Of a stretch of DNA of 64,000 nt, positions 1 to 7,384 are shown in pieces (position 1 is the stretch's first letter; each line of letters begins with the position of its first letter). The stretch comes from a plasmid. The translations under genes and the position numbers were made by a program. The stretch lies in the sequence record NZ_CP016173.1. One strand, 5' to 3'. The notes under the pieces were generated by a model. It did not search any database. It was not told the DNA's origin and was given only the letters and a program-made list of their open reading frames with translations.

Positions 1-177
1 TGAGTTCGCCCCGGTTTATAGGCCGGTCCTGGGACCGGCCTACGCGCCTTGTTTGCGAGGGGATCGAAAATGCACCAGGTGCACCAGACCAATTTCTGAA
101 GGTGCGGGGCGGCAGCGGCTATGCCGCGCCACATCACAGCGGTGGAGTGCTTCCGGCAAAGATAGGGCGTTCGCCCA

Positions 178-951
178 CTACATGCCAGCCGACAAGCTCT
201 CCGTCTTGTCTTCCTGGGCCATGACCAGCAGATCGGCGATAAATTGCCTTGTCTTAGGCAAATATCGGTCGAAGGTGGGGTCGAGATCAGGCGCCATCTT
301 GATGGTGCCTTGTTGGAGGCCCTTATCCACCTCACGGGCATACTTTTCCGCGAACAGCTCCCTGGCATGTTGTGCCTGGGGCGTGTTTTCGCGCGTCAAT
401 TCCTCTAGGACGCCTCCGACGGCCGAGACGAAGACCATGGTGCGGTTGTATTGCCAGAGCTGATCTGCGTACTGCTGGGTGCGCTCCCTATAGCTGGCAT
501 CTAGTTCTTTCACCTGCTGTTGCAGCTTCTCGTTCGCGCTCCGAAGCGAGATGATGAGCTCCCGCAGGCTGGTATCGGCTTTGCGAAGCAAGCCGTTCTC
601 TTGGCGTAGCCGCTGATTCTCCTCTTCCATTGCGGCAACTCGCGCTTCCAGGGCGTCGATTATCTTGGCTTGCTTGTCCAGCTCTGCCTTCAGGCGCTCT
701 TTGTCGGCGACATGCTGTGCAGTGAAGGCGAGCTGCTGACGCAACCGATCATTCGCTTCCCGGACTGCCTCGTCCCACCCCTCTTGACGACCTTGAGCAT
801 ACGCTTGGTCTGCTGCCACAGTCGCCTCCTCAGCCAGCCTGCGCAGCTCCATGGCATGGCCCGCATCAGATGCCAAGGCATGCTGATAGGATCCGATATA
901 GGACGTATTGCTGCGATTGCCGCCGCCTGCCGGGATGCCGTTGTTGATCAT
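178..951 (-). CDS. coiled-coil protein (heptad-rich, Glu/Arg/Leu/Gln; no recognised domain)
   Basis: 257-aa ORF. AAGGA RBS ~6 nt upstream of the ATG at 951. Long alpha-helical coiled-coil style repeats (…LKAELDKQAKIIDALEARVAAMEEENQRLRQENGLL…). The overlapping plus-strand ORF 53..463 is Arg/Cys-rich and judged spurious. Confidence 0.6.
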   Translation of the reverse strand: MINNGIPAGGGNRSNTSYIGSYQHALASDAGHAMELRRLAEEATVAADQAYAQGRQEGWDEAVREANDRLRQQLAFTAQHVADKERLKAELDKQAKIIDALEARVAAMEEENQRLRQENGLLRKADTSLRELIISLRSANEKLQQQVKELDASYRERTQQYADQLWQYNRTMVFVSAVGGVLEELTRENTPQAQHARELFAEKYAREVDKGLQQGTIKMAPDLDPTFDRYLPKTRQFIADLLVMAQEDKTESLSAGM

Positions 952-1031
952 GTCGCGTCCTTGTGCACGAGAGGTGAGTGCAAATTGTACTGCGGATAGT
1001 GTGCGGCGTTAATGTGTAAACAATGCGTAAA

Positions 1032-1634
1032 CTACGCGGCGCCTGACTTCTGCACAACTACCCGCTCTGCGGCCAGCACCGCCTTGTCGGTTGACAAGCC
1101 GAATGACGCCGCGCGGGCGAGTGCAGCTGGCACCCAGTCGGAAAATCGGCTGTCATCCAGCACAGACCGAAGCGCGAGCAAAGGGACGCAGTGTTCGACC
1201 GACGCGTCCACGTAAAACAGGGCGAACCATTCTGGGATAAGCCACCGCTGGTCGTCATGCTCTTCGATCGAGAACGGAATGGCAAGCAGACCCGGCATGG
1301 AGGCAAGCTTGGGGCTTTGAAACCCTTGGCACAGCCAGTACGCAACCAGGTCCAGCTCACCCGCCTGTATAGGCACTAGCGCGATTACTTGGCGCGAGGT
1401 GGAACGGACGTAGATCCCTGGCGCCAGTGCAAGGCTCGCGTCCTCGGTCGCCTGATACGGGAGCCTATCCATGAAGTGCCGGAGCAGCCCAAGCATCTCG
1501 GCCGCCACGGGAATGTCCTGGGCGACATGGGGATTCGATTTTCCCCCCATCAGTGCCAGTACAGATCCCGCCTCTGCGGCCTCGGCGACATCAAGCAGGT
1601 GCAGCAGCTCATTACGCATGGGGTTCTCGGTCAT
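1032..1634 (-). CDS. hypothetical protein (~200 aa)
   Basis: ORF 1032..1874 trimmed to the internal Met (MTENPMRNELL…). Its ATG overlaps the stop of the upstream membrane-protein gene in an ATGA arrangement, suggesting translational coupling. Confidence 0.5.
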   Translation of the reverse strand: MTENPMRNELLHLLDVAEAAEAGSVLALMGGKSNPHVAQDIPVAAEMLGLLRHFMDRLPYQATEDASLALAPGIYVRSTSRQVIALVPIQAGELDLVAYWLCQGFQSPKLASMPGLLAIPFSIEEHDDQRWLIPEWFALFYVDASVEHCVPLLALRSVLDDSRFSDWVPAALARAASFGLSTDKAVLAAERVVVQKSGAA

Positions 1635-2140
1635 GCCAACGCGGGATGGTTTCGCAGGCTCAGGGAAACCGCCCAGCGCACGATGAAAGACCAGATGAGC
1701 CCTACGACAAGGGCTGTAGGAACCAAGGCCAAGAACGCCAGGATCCGGTCCTCCATGCTCAGTGCAGACACAAACATGACCGGGCACCACACAAAACAGG
1801 CCGTGATGATAGGCATAACCAACAGGCGCCGCCCCACGTCGGCGTCGCGGGGGCTCGTCCCCAGGCAGAACCACACGAAGCCCACCATGTAGGCGGGCGA
1901 GTATAGGAAAGCCAGGATGAGATAGGCAAAAGACGCAATGCCAGTGGCTTTCAAGGCGCCTGTGAAATCACTCGGCACGACCTGTTGACCGATGATGGCC
2001 GTGGCCACCACAAAGGCCATCACAGCGAGGAGGATGGGCAAGGATAGAAGCCATAAGGCGCGGCGCCGGAAGCTGCGCTGAAAAGCCGCATTGCGACCCG
2101 TAGTGTATATCGTGGAAACGAACTGGCGTTGCGCAAGCAT
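1631..2140 (-). CDS. small integral membrane protein (~4 predicted TM helices)
   Basis: 169-aa ORF with four long hydrophobic stretches (LLSLPILLAVMAFVVATAII…, FAYLILAFLYSPAYMVGFVWF…). ATGA coupling to the downstream gene. Confidence 0.55.
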   Translation of the reverse strand: MLAQRQFVSTIYTTGRNAAFQRSFRRRALWLLSLPILLAVMAFVVATAIIGQQVVPSDFTGALKATGIASFAYLILAFLYSPAYMVGFVWFCLGTSPRDADVGRRLLVMPIITACFVWCPVMFVSALSMEDRILAFLALVPTALVVGLIWSFIVRWAVSLSLRNHPALA

Positions 2141-2240
2141 GCGGGCCTCGATATGGTTAAAAATGTTTTTCTAACACCCAATTCTAACCAAACCAACAGA
2201 TTTATTGTGTTTCCGTAGCAACTTTCTCCGGGGCGGCGCG

Positions 2241-2271
2241 GCAAAAAAAAAGCATCCGGGCAGGATGCTTT
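2241..2271 (-). terminator. rho-independent terminator candidate for the parDE operon
   Basis: Perfect hairpin AAAGCATCC-gggca-GGATGCTTT. On the transcribed minus strand it is followed by the complement of the plus-strand A9 run, i.e. a T-run, ~120 nt downstream of the toxin stop. Confidence 0.5.
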
Positions 2272-2391
2272 AAGCGAAAGGGCAACACGTTGGCATGCAG
2301 CGCATTGCAGAGGCACAGCTTACCATGTGGCTTCACCCTCAAAGGCCACTGCGCTGACGCGCTTCGCTTGTCGCCTTGCCAAAGTAGCGCG

Positions 2392-2685
2392 CTACTTCGC
2401 CAAGGTCCGGGGAGGGTACTCTTGTCGGGCGTGCAGCACCGATAGGACTTCGACGTAATCGGCCTGGACGCGATAGATGACGATGTAGTTGGGGTGCGCC
2501 ACGATCTCCCGCGTGCCCGGCACCCGGCCGCGTTTGAAGATGTACGGGTGGTCCGCAACGGGATGCACGGCGCTTTCAATCAGCTCATGGATGGTGATGG
2601 CGGCATACACATCGAACTCTGCGATGTGGTCCGTGATGCGATCCAAATCATCGAGCGCGGGCGCACTCCAGAAGATGGGAAGCAT
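2392..2685 (-). CDS. parE: type II toxin, RelE/ParE superfamily
   Basis: 97 aa. Typical ParE/RelE layout (N-terminal L.W…A..DL..I, …GTREIVAHPNYIVIYRV…VEVLSVLHARQ). An antitoxin-sized gene lies immediately upstream on the same strand. Confidence 0.8.
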   Translation of the reverse strand: MLPIFWSAPALDDLDRITDHIAEFDVYAAITIHELIESAVHPVADHPYIFKRGRVPGTREIVAHPNYIVIYRVQADYVEVLSVLHARQEYPPRTLAK

Positions 2686-2717
2686 GACCTATCGGGCTAC
2701 CCGGCGGGCAGGTAAAG

Positions 2718-2930
2718 TCATGCCTGCGAAGGCGCTATGGGATTGCTTTCCGCATCTGCCAGCTTCGCGGCAAGTTTTTGACGAATCAGCGCCATAGCCT
2801 CGTCGTGCGGGATGCTGGGCCGAGGGTCGTCAAGACTGGCTTGCACCTTCGCACGGAACCAGCGGTCATAGCTATCCGCTTGTTCTTGCGTCTCGAACTC
2901 AGAGACTATCGGGGAGAGGGCAGTGCTCAT
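2718..2930 (-). CDS. type II antitoxin (ParD/CC2985-like) partner of ParE
   Basis: ORF 2718..3002 trimmed to MSTALSPIVSEFETQEQADSYDRWFRAKVQASLDD… (70 aa). Small acidic protein directly upstream of parE with a 33-nt gap. The alternative start at 2954 cannot be excluded. Confidence 0.65.
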   Translation of the reverse strand: MSTALSPIVSEFETQEQADSYDRWFRAKVQASLDDPRPSIPHDEAMALIRQKLAAKLADAESNPIAPSQA

Positions 2931-3028
2931 GGCAAGCTCCTTGTGTCTCTTCATTTTAAGGCATTCCGGGGATGATAGGGGCCCCCGCTCCCCGGCCTGC
3001 ATGGAGGTTTCACGCCATTCTGGGCCAG

Positions 3029-4159
3029 TCAGGGCAGGGCGCCAAGGTTGGCTTGCAGGTCGGCCAATTTCTGGGCATCTTCCTGGCGCTTGCGGTCAAT
3101 CGTCTTGGCGTAGATCCGTGTCGTGCGCGGGTCGGCATGCCCTAGCTCGTCTTGGGTCGTTTCAAGCGAGGCTCCCGCTGCCAGGCGGTGGGTGGCATTG
3201 GTATGTCGCATCCAATGCGTGGTCATTCGCATGACTTGGCTGCGGATGTGCTCATCCGGACAGTCGCCTGCGGCCGATTTTGCCAATTCGTGCACGATCA
3301 AGCCGATGGAGCGAGGCGTCAAGGCCCGCGAACGGGCTCCCACGTTGATTGTCGCCACGAGTGGGATGTTCTCGCCAGGCAGCGGGAAATCTGCCAGGCC
3401 CCAGCTTTTTCGGTAGCGCATGAGCTCCTGCAGCAAGCTGGAATTCACGGCCACCATGCGCTCTTTTTGCCCTTTGCCAATGACGCGCAACAGCCAGCCG
3501 CTGTCCGTCCGTAAGAAATCTCCCATCACGCCGTTGGCCGCTTCTTCACGGCGCAGTCCGGCATGGTAGAGCAGGGCGAATAGCCATCTGGCGCGAGCGG
3601 CGACCGCGCGGTCGCGTGTGCTGCGCTCCGGCCGGTTGCACACCCAATCCCAAAGCCAAAACCAGCTATCGAGGTGCAGAGCTCGTTGCTGCCGCTCCGA
3701 ACTGATAACAGCAGGCTTCATCGACAGCTTGAACACGTTGAATTGCAGATAGCCCGCGTCCTGCAGGTATGAGCACATGCCGCCTAGAATCGTCCTGGTC
3801 TGGGCTATCGAGGCTGATGATAGCGGCGCCGCGAGCACCTGCGTTGGTGCTAGGACAACACCGCGCGGCGGCTTTCGAGGCCGGAGCCAATGAGCTGGAG
3901 GATTGGCCAGGTGGGCGTAGAACAGATGGGCGTGGTCCACCTTCATTTCCTTAAGCGACAGGCCGTTCTCGCCTAGCCACAGCAGTAGCCTGATGGCTTC
4001 ACGGCGGTACGCGTCAAAGGTGTTCGCGGTGCGACTGCCCTTGGCCCTGATCCAGACCGCAGCCGCCTGGGCATCTGTTTGGACGCCCAGGGCATCGCCA
4101 ACCGCCTGATCGGCACCAGGCGCAAGCAAGCGTCCGGGATCCAGTTCGGCCAAATTCAT
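3029..4159 (-). CDS. int: tyrosine-type site-specific recombinase / integrase
   Basis: 376 aa. C-terminal catalytic signature …MRHTNATHRLAAGASLETTQDELGHADPRTTRIYAKT… (HxxR…H…Y). N-terminal SAM-like core-binding region. Confidence 0.9.
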   Translation of the reverse strand: MNLAELDPGRLLAPGADQAVGDALGVQTDAQAAAVWIRAKGSRTANTFDAYRREAIRLLLWLGENGLSLKEMKVDHAHLFYAHLANPPAHWLRPRKPPRGVVLAPTQVLAAPLSSASIAQTRTILGGMCSYLQDAGYLQFNVFKLSMKPAVISSERQQRALHLDSWFWLWDWVCNRPERSTRDRAVAARARWLFALLYHAGLRREEAANGVMGDFLRTDSGWLLRVIGKGQKERMVAVNSSLLQELMRYRKSWGLADFPLPGENIPLVATINVGARSRALTPRSIGLIVHELAKSAAGDCPDEHIRSQVMRMTTHWMRHTNATHRLAAGASLETTQDELGHADPRTTRIYAKTIDRKRQEDAQKLADLQANLGALP

Positions 4160-4365
4160 TGCGTGAGAGTCCAGGTACCATCGGACGAGAGCCGCACGAC
4201 GGTGGGGGTGTCAACGCCCTCGATAGTGACTCGAAACCATTCAGCACGACCCGGGACCGTGGGGTCAAGCGCCCAGCTTTGTCCGCGCCCATCCGCTGCC
4301 ACTGCATGTTTTGCCAAGGCCGCTGCGGCTTCCTCTCCAGTCAGCGTTTTTTTCTTCATGCTCAT
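4156..4365 (-). CDS. small hypothetical protein overlapping int start (possible excisionase or regulator)
   Basis: ORF 4156..4410 trimmed to MSMKKKTLTGEE… (69 aa). Its stop overlaps the int start in an ATGA arrangement. No recognisable motif. Confidence 0.45.
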   Translation of the reverse strand: MSMKKKTLTGEEAAAALAKHAVAADGRGQSWALDPTVPGRAEWFRVTIEGVDTPTVVRLSSDGTWTLTQ

Positions 4366-4388
4366 CTCCAACAGACCGACATTGCCGC

Positions 4389-5252
4389 TCATGCGGCCTC
4401 GGGTTCCCATGCTTCGAGCTTCTTTTCTAGAAAAGGGATCTCTCTTTTAAGCCCCGCAATTTCGCCTTCCAATTGAGCCACGTGACGGCGGAACGCCTGG
4501 GGCCAGAGCGGATCATCACGAGTGACCCTTTCGAGAGGTCCGTTGTACATGCGTTTCACGAGCAAAAATTCGGGATGCGTCCCTCGGCTGTCATAGGCAC
4601 GGGTGGCGGTCGCAAGTTGCGCGTGCAGGGTCGAGATCAGCCATTCCAGTCCTTCGCTGGAGACCTCAAGTGGCTTGAATTGGATGCCAGGGCAGCTGGC
4701 CGTCTGCCAACCGGAGCCAGGCCGCTCGTAGCCGTGATGAGCCATGGTTCCTCGCTGCACGGCAATACGGCGGAAGCATACCGGGCAGGTTTTGACGACC
4801 TTGTTGGGGTTCACCGGCTTGGACGGTGCCAGGCTCGGGGCTCGCCCTTTGACCACCTTATTTTTAAGGGACGCAACAGCCTCTGAAAGGGGCAACACCT
4901 CGGCGCAGAAGGTTCGCATCGCGTCCACGGCTGGCCCTGACGCTTTCGACCTGCTGACCTTCTTGCTCGTAGAGATGATGTCGTGCAGCCCCATAACCAT
5001 GATGCTGTTGTAGAGCAGCCGCACGTCTTCCGGGTGGGATTCCCATTTTCCATAAAAAAAGGGCTCGCTCACGTGCAGCTTCCACGCCTTGTCGACAATC
5101 CGCGAGAGGGTTTCCTTGGCGTCGCGCCATACGACATTCCGAATGGAGCCTGCCTCCACCCCAGCTAGTACCTGTTCCACAGCCATATCGAACCGACTGG
5201 GATCCGCCAAGGAGTCGCGAAGGATGGGGAACTGCCGTGGAGTCATGAGCAT
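4389..5252 (-). CDS. hypothetical protein with Cys4 zinc-ribbon (CPVCF…x19…SCPG), 287 aa
   Basis: ATG at 5252 with an AAAAAGGA RBS. Zinc-ribbon-like CPVC…C.PG spacing and a C-terminal coiled-coil (AQLEGEIAGLKREIPFLEKKLEAWE). Confidence 0.6.
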   Translation of the reverse strand: MLMTPRQFPILRDSLADPSRFDMAVEQVLAGVEAGSIRNVVWRDAKETLSRIVDKAWKLHVSEPFFYGKWESHPEDVRLLYNSIMVMGLHDIISTSKKVSRSKASGPAVDAMRTFCAEVLPLSEAVASLKNKVVKGRAPSLAPSKPVNPNKVVKTCPVCFRRIAVQRGTMAHHGYERPGSGWQTASCPGIQFKPLEVSSEGLEWLISTLHAQLATATRAYDSRGTHPEFLLVKRMYNGPLERVTRDDPLWPQAFRRHVAQLEGEIAGLKREIPFLEKKLEAWEPEAA

Positions 5253-5436
5253 GTCCTTTTTCTAGGCTGGAGCGGAGGGGTCGCATCCCGCTGATTTTGT
5301 TCCACGGGAATCTCGCGAGTCCGCATCTATCGCTTCAACCCATTGAAAACTAAAAAGCTTTTGGGATTTCATCGACATTGAGGCCGTGGAACATTTTCGT
5401 TGTCGGCGACCTGCCGCCGACCATCACCCCCGATAT

Positions 5437-5460
5437 TTCCCATAATAACAGTTATGGGAA
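5437..5460. promoter_or_regulatory. perfect palindrome TTCCCATAA-N6-TTATGGGAA (operator candidate) in divergent intergenic region
   Basis: 9-bp perfect inverted arms with a 6-bp spacer. It lies between the divergent genes starting at 5252 (minus) and 5579 (plus). A second IR, TGAAC-N7-GTTCA, sits at 5486..5502. Confidence 0.4.
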
Positions 5461-5510
5461 GAAGAGCGCAAGAGAAGTACCAAAATGAACCATGTACGTT
5501 CATATATGTA

Positions 5511-5539
5511 TTGACATCGGGCCGGAGCGGGCTCACAAT
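5511..5539 (+). promoter_or_regulatory. sigma70-like promoter candidate (TTGACA-17-CACAAT) for the 5579..10743 operon
   Basis: Consensus -35 TTGACA with a 17-nt spacer to CACAAT. The predicted +1 falls at the GTAAACAATGCGTAA motif (5548..5562), which is also found at 1016..1030. Confidence 0.35.
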
Positions 5540-5578
5540 GCCAATACGTAAACAATGCGTAAGCAGAGAGTGATCACG

Positions 5579-5884
5579 ATGAACAAGCCGCTTTATCCGA
5601 TCGACATCGACGCGCTGGCCGAAGACGCCCTGAACGCCGCGTGCCTGCTCATCCAGCAACGCCTGGGGGTTAAAGACGGCGACCTCGCGGGCGTTTTCTT
5701 CTCCGACGACACCACCCGCAACGAGCTGCGGACCTACATCAAGCAAGAGCTGGAGATCGGTGAGGGCGATGTGGCCAGGCGCCTGCGCGGAGGCAGCGAG
5801 GATCACGATGCTGACGATGGCGACGAGGCCGAATGCCATCCTGATAACCACGGGCCGCTGTCCAACCTCCCGCACGACGCCTGA
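5579..5884 (+). CDS. hypothetical acidic protein (101 aa)
   Basis: ORF 5555..5884 trimmed to the Met with a GAGAG RBS (MNKPLYPIDIDALAEDALN…). First gene of a co-directional run of small genes. Confidence 0.5.
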   Translation: MNKPLYPIDIDALAEDALNAACLLIQQRLGVKDGDLAGVFFSDDTTRNELRTYIKQELEIGEGDVARRLRGGSEDHDADDGDEAECHPDNHGPLSNLPHDA

Positions 5885-5909
5885 GGCAGCACGAACCGGA
5901 GCAATGACC

Positions 5910-6131
5910 ATGCGCGCCAAAACCAAGAAAGTAAAAGACGCACTCGCTGGCCTGCCGAGGCTTTGGGTTCGCACTTGGCCGAACGGCGTGTGTTTGGTCG
6001 GCCAAGAGGGCGTGCAAAGCGAAGAACGCCGCCAAGCAGCGCTTACCGCCCTGAAGAAAGCAGGAATTGCCGGCCGCGCTATAGGTGAACGCGGAACTAG
6101 CGGCGAGTACGGTATCGAGATTGATGATTAA
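5910..6131 (+). CDS. small basic hypothetical protein (73 aa)
   Basis: ORF 5760..6131 trimmed to MRAKTKKVKDALAGLPRLWVRTWPNGV…. A GGAG RBS lies 9 nt upstream. The start at 5904 is also possible. Confidence 0.45.
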   Translation: MRAKTKKVKDALAGLPRLWVRTWPNGVCLVGQEGVQSEERRQAALTALKKAGIAGRAIGERGTSGEYGIEIDD

Positions 6132-6173
6132 CAACGCCGCCCCGGTTCGCCGGGGCAGCACGAAGGAAGGACC

Positions 6174-6404
6174 GTGAACAAAGACCGCCGTGCCAAACTG
6201 GCCGACCTGCAAGGCAAGATCGAAGACCTGAAGAGCGAGCTGGAATCGCTGCGCGACGAAGAGCAGGAGTATTACGACAACATGCCCGAAAACCTCCAAC
6301 AGGGCGATAAGGGGCAAGGCGCCGAGAGCGTCGTATCCAGCATGGACGAGGCGATCTCAAGCCTGGATGACGCCATTTCCTCGATTGAATCCGCTTCGGA
6401 GTAG
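6174..6404 (+). CDS. small acidic coiled-coil protein (76 aa)
   Basis: GTG start with an AAGGAAGGA RBS. KLADLQGKIEDLKSELESLRDEEQEYY. Confidence 0.5.
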   Translation: MNKDRRAKLADLQGKIEDLKSELESLRDEEQEYYDNMPENLQQGDKGQGAESVVSSMDEAISSLDDAISSIESASE

Positions 6405-6409
6405 TCGCG

Positions 6410-6775
6410 ATGTCCAAGACCAGCTTCAACACGCGTCACTTTCGCTGGGCCATATGCGAATGCTGTAGCGGCCACGGTAAGGTTGAGCATCCTGCCTTCA
6501 AAAATGGGTTCACATCCCAGGAATGGAGCGACATGGCGAACGACTGGGACGCCGAAGGCGAGACGAACGGCCAAGATCGCTACCTCGCCGGAGCGTATGA
6601 CGTTCCGTGCGACGCTTGCGAAGGAACCGGCAAGGTGCAGCAGCCGGACTTCCGCGCCATGGGCCGTGATGAGCGGCGCGCCTATGTGAGCTACCTACGC
6701 GAACAGCGCGAGGTCGCCGAAATCGATCGCGTCATAAGCGCAGAATCGGCGGCGGAGCGCCGCCTGGGAGGCTAA
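6410..6775 (+). CDS. small protein with two DnaJ-type CxxCxGxG zinc-finger motifs
   Basis: 121 aa. CECCSGHGKV and CDACEGTGKV repeats. GGAG RBS. Confidence 0.55.
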   Translation: MSKTSFNTRHFRWAICECCSGHGKVEHPAFKNGFTSQEWSDMANDWDAEGETNGQDRYLAGAYDVPCDACEGTGKVQQPDFRAMGRDERRAYVSYLREQREVAEIDRVISAESAAERRLGG

Positions 6776-6779
6776 AGCT

Positions 6780-7127
6780 ATGGGGTCAAAACTGATCAGC
6801 ACCGAGGATTTGGAGTCGATATCCGAACTCGAAGTGGTTTTTGGCACGACGCGCTTTCTGCCTGCGGCAGAAGAAGTACCCAGCGCGTTTCACAGCAGGG
6901 GAAGCGTCTACAGCCGCCTCGCCGAGGCGCTGTTCTATGGTGGAGAGCTGCCGAAGGGCGAAGTGCTCTTCCGCAAGGATTTGGCCGAAGATTCTTTGAA
7001 GACGGGCGCACTGGTTGTCCGCTTTGCGACGGCACATCTGCGATCGTTTGAGCCGAAGCACGAACATAAGATCGCAGGCGTCGCCTACCTCCTATCGCAA
7101 CTGTGCGAAATCAGGGAGTCGATCTGA
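6780..7127 (+). CDS. hypothetical protein (115 aa)
   Basis: GGAGG RBS 6 nt upstream of the ATG. Stop overlaps the next start (TGATG). Confidence 0.55.
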   Translation: MGSKLISTEDLESISELEVVFGTTRFLPAAEEVPSAFHSRGSVYSRLAEALFYGGELPKGEVLFRKDLAEDSLKTGALVVRFATAHLRSFEPKHEHKIAGVAYLLSQLCEIRESI

Positions 7128-7384
7128 TGTGCATCTATCCCTTTGCGGCGCAGCGTGCGGACCACCTGCAGGGCCATGTTGCGAAAGCCGTTGTGCGCTA
7201 CACGCCCTGGTGGGGCATCCCGTCCGCCGTGCGAGTGCGGTTCAACCCCTGGTTGTGCGTGTTCCATGATGAACCAGGTGGCCCGAAGCCGTTCGTAGCG
7301 TTCGGTGGACGCGAAGGCATGGAGGCTGCCGTAGAGCACGTGATCGGACCCGCAATTTCCTCACGCCAGGAAGCCCCCCGATGA
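7127..7384 (+). CDS. hypothetical protein (85 aa)
   Basis: ORF 7103..7384 trimmed to MCIYPFAAQRADHLQG…. GGGAG RBS. Stop overlaps the start of the 1120-aa gene (ATGA). Confidence 0.45.
   Translation: MCIYPFAAQRADHLQGHVAKAVVRYTPWWGIPSAVRVRFNPWLCVFHDEPGGPKPFVAFGGREGMEAAVEHVIGPAISSRQEAPR

Noticed and set aside
1-45. Hairpin GGCCGGTCC-tgg-GACCGGCC at 22..41 and tandem TGCACCAGG/TGCACCAGA at 79..97
   Set aside because: The hairpin might be a terminator for the 178..951 gene, but there is no clear T-run on the relevant strand and it sits at the extreme window edge. Insufficient evidence to annotate.
53-463. 136-aa plus-strand ORF at the left edge
   Set aside because: It overlaps the better-supported minus-strand coiled-coil gene 178..951, which has an RBS and a coherent heptad pattern. 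The translation is Cys/Arg/Ser-rich with no RBS.
2141-2391. Searched the intergenic DNA next to the integrase/TA module (and 1..177, 951..1031) for a tRNA or tmRNA gene as integration target
   Set aside because: No cloverleaf-compatible sequence was found: no GTTC-type T-arm and no CCA-proximal acceptor stem pairing. Only a terminator hairpin is present. The integration target cannot be identified in this window.
5555-5578. Upstream ATG/GTG/TTG extensions proposed by the ORF track for many genes (e.g. 5555, 15394, 40192, 50206, 18999..21584)
   Set aside because: These extensions lack RBS support, and several start on TTG or GTG that overlap the upstream gene. Shorter ATG starts with AGGA-type RBS were preferred. 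True N-termini need experimental or comparative confirmation.
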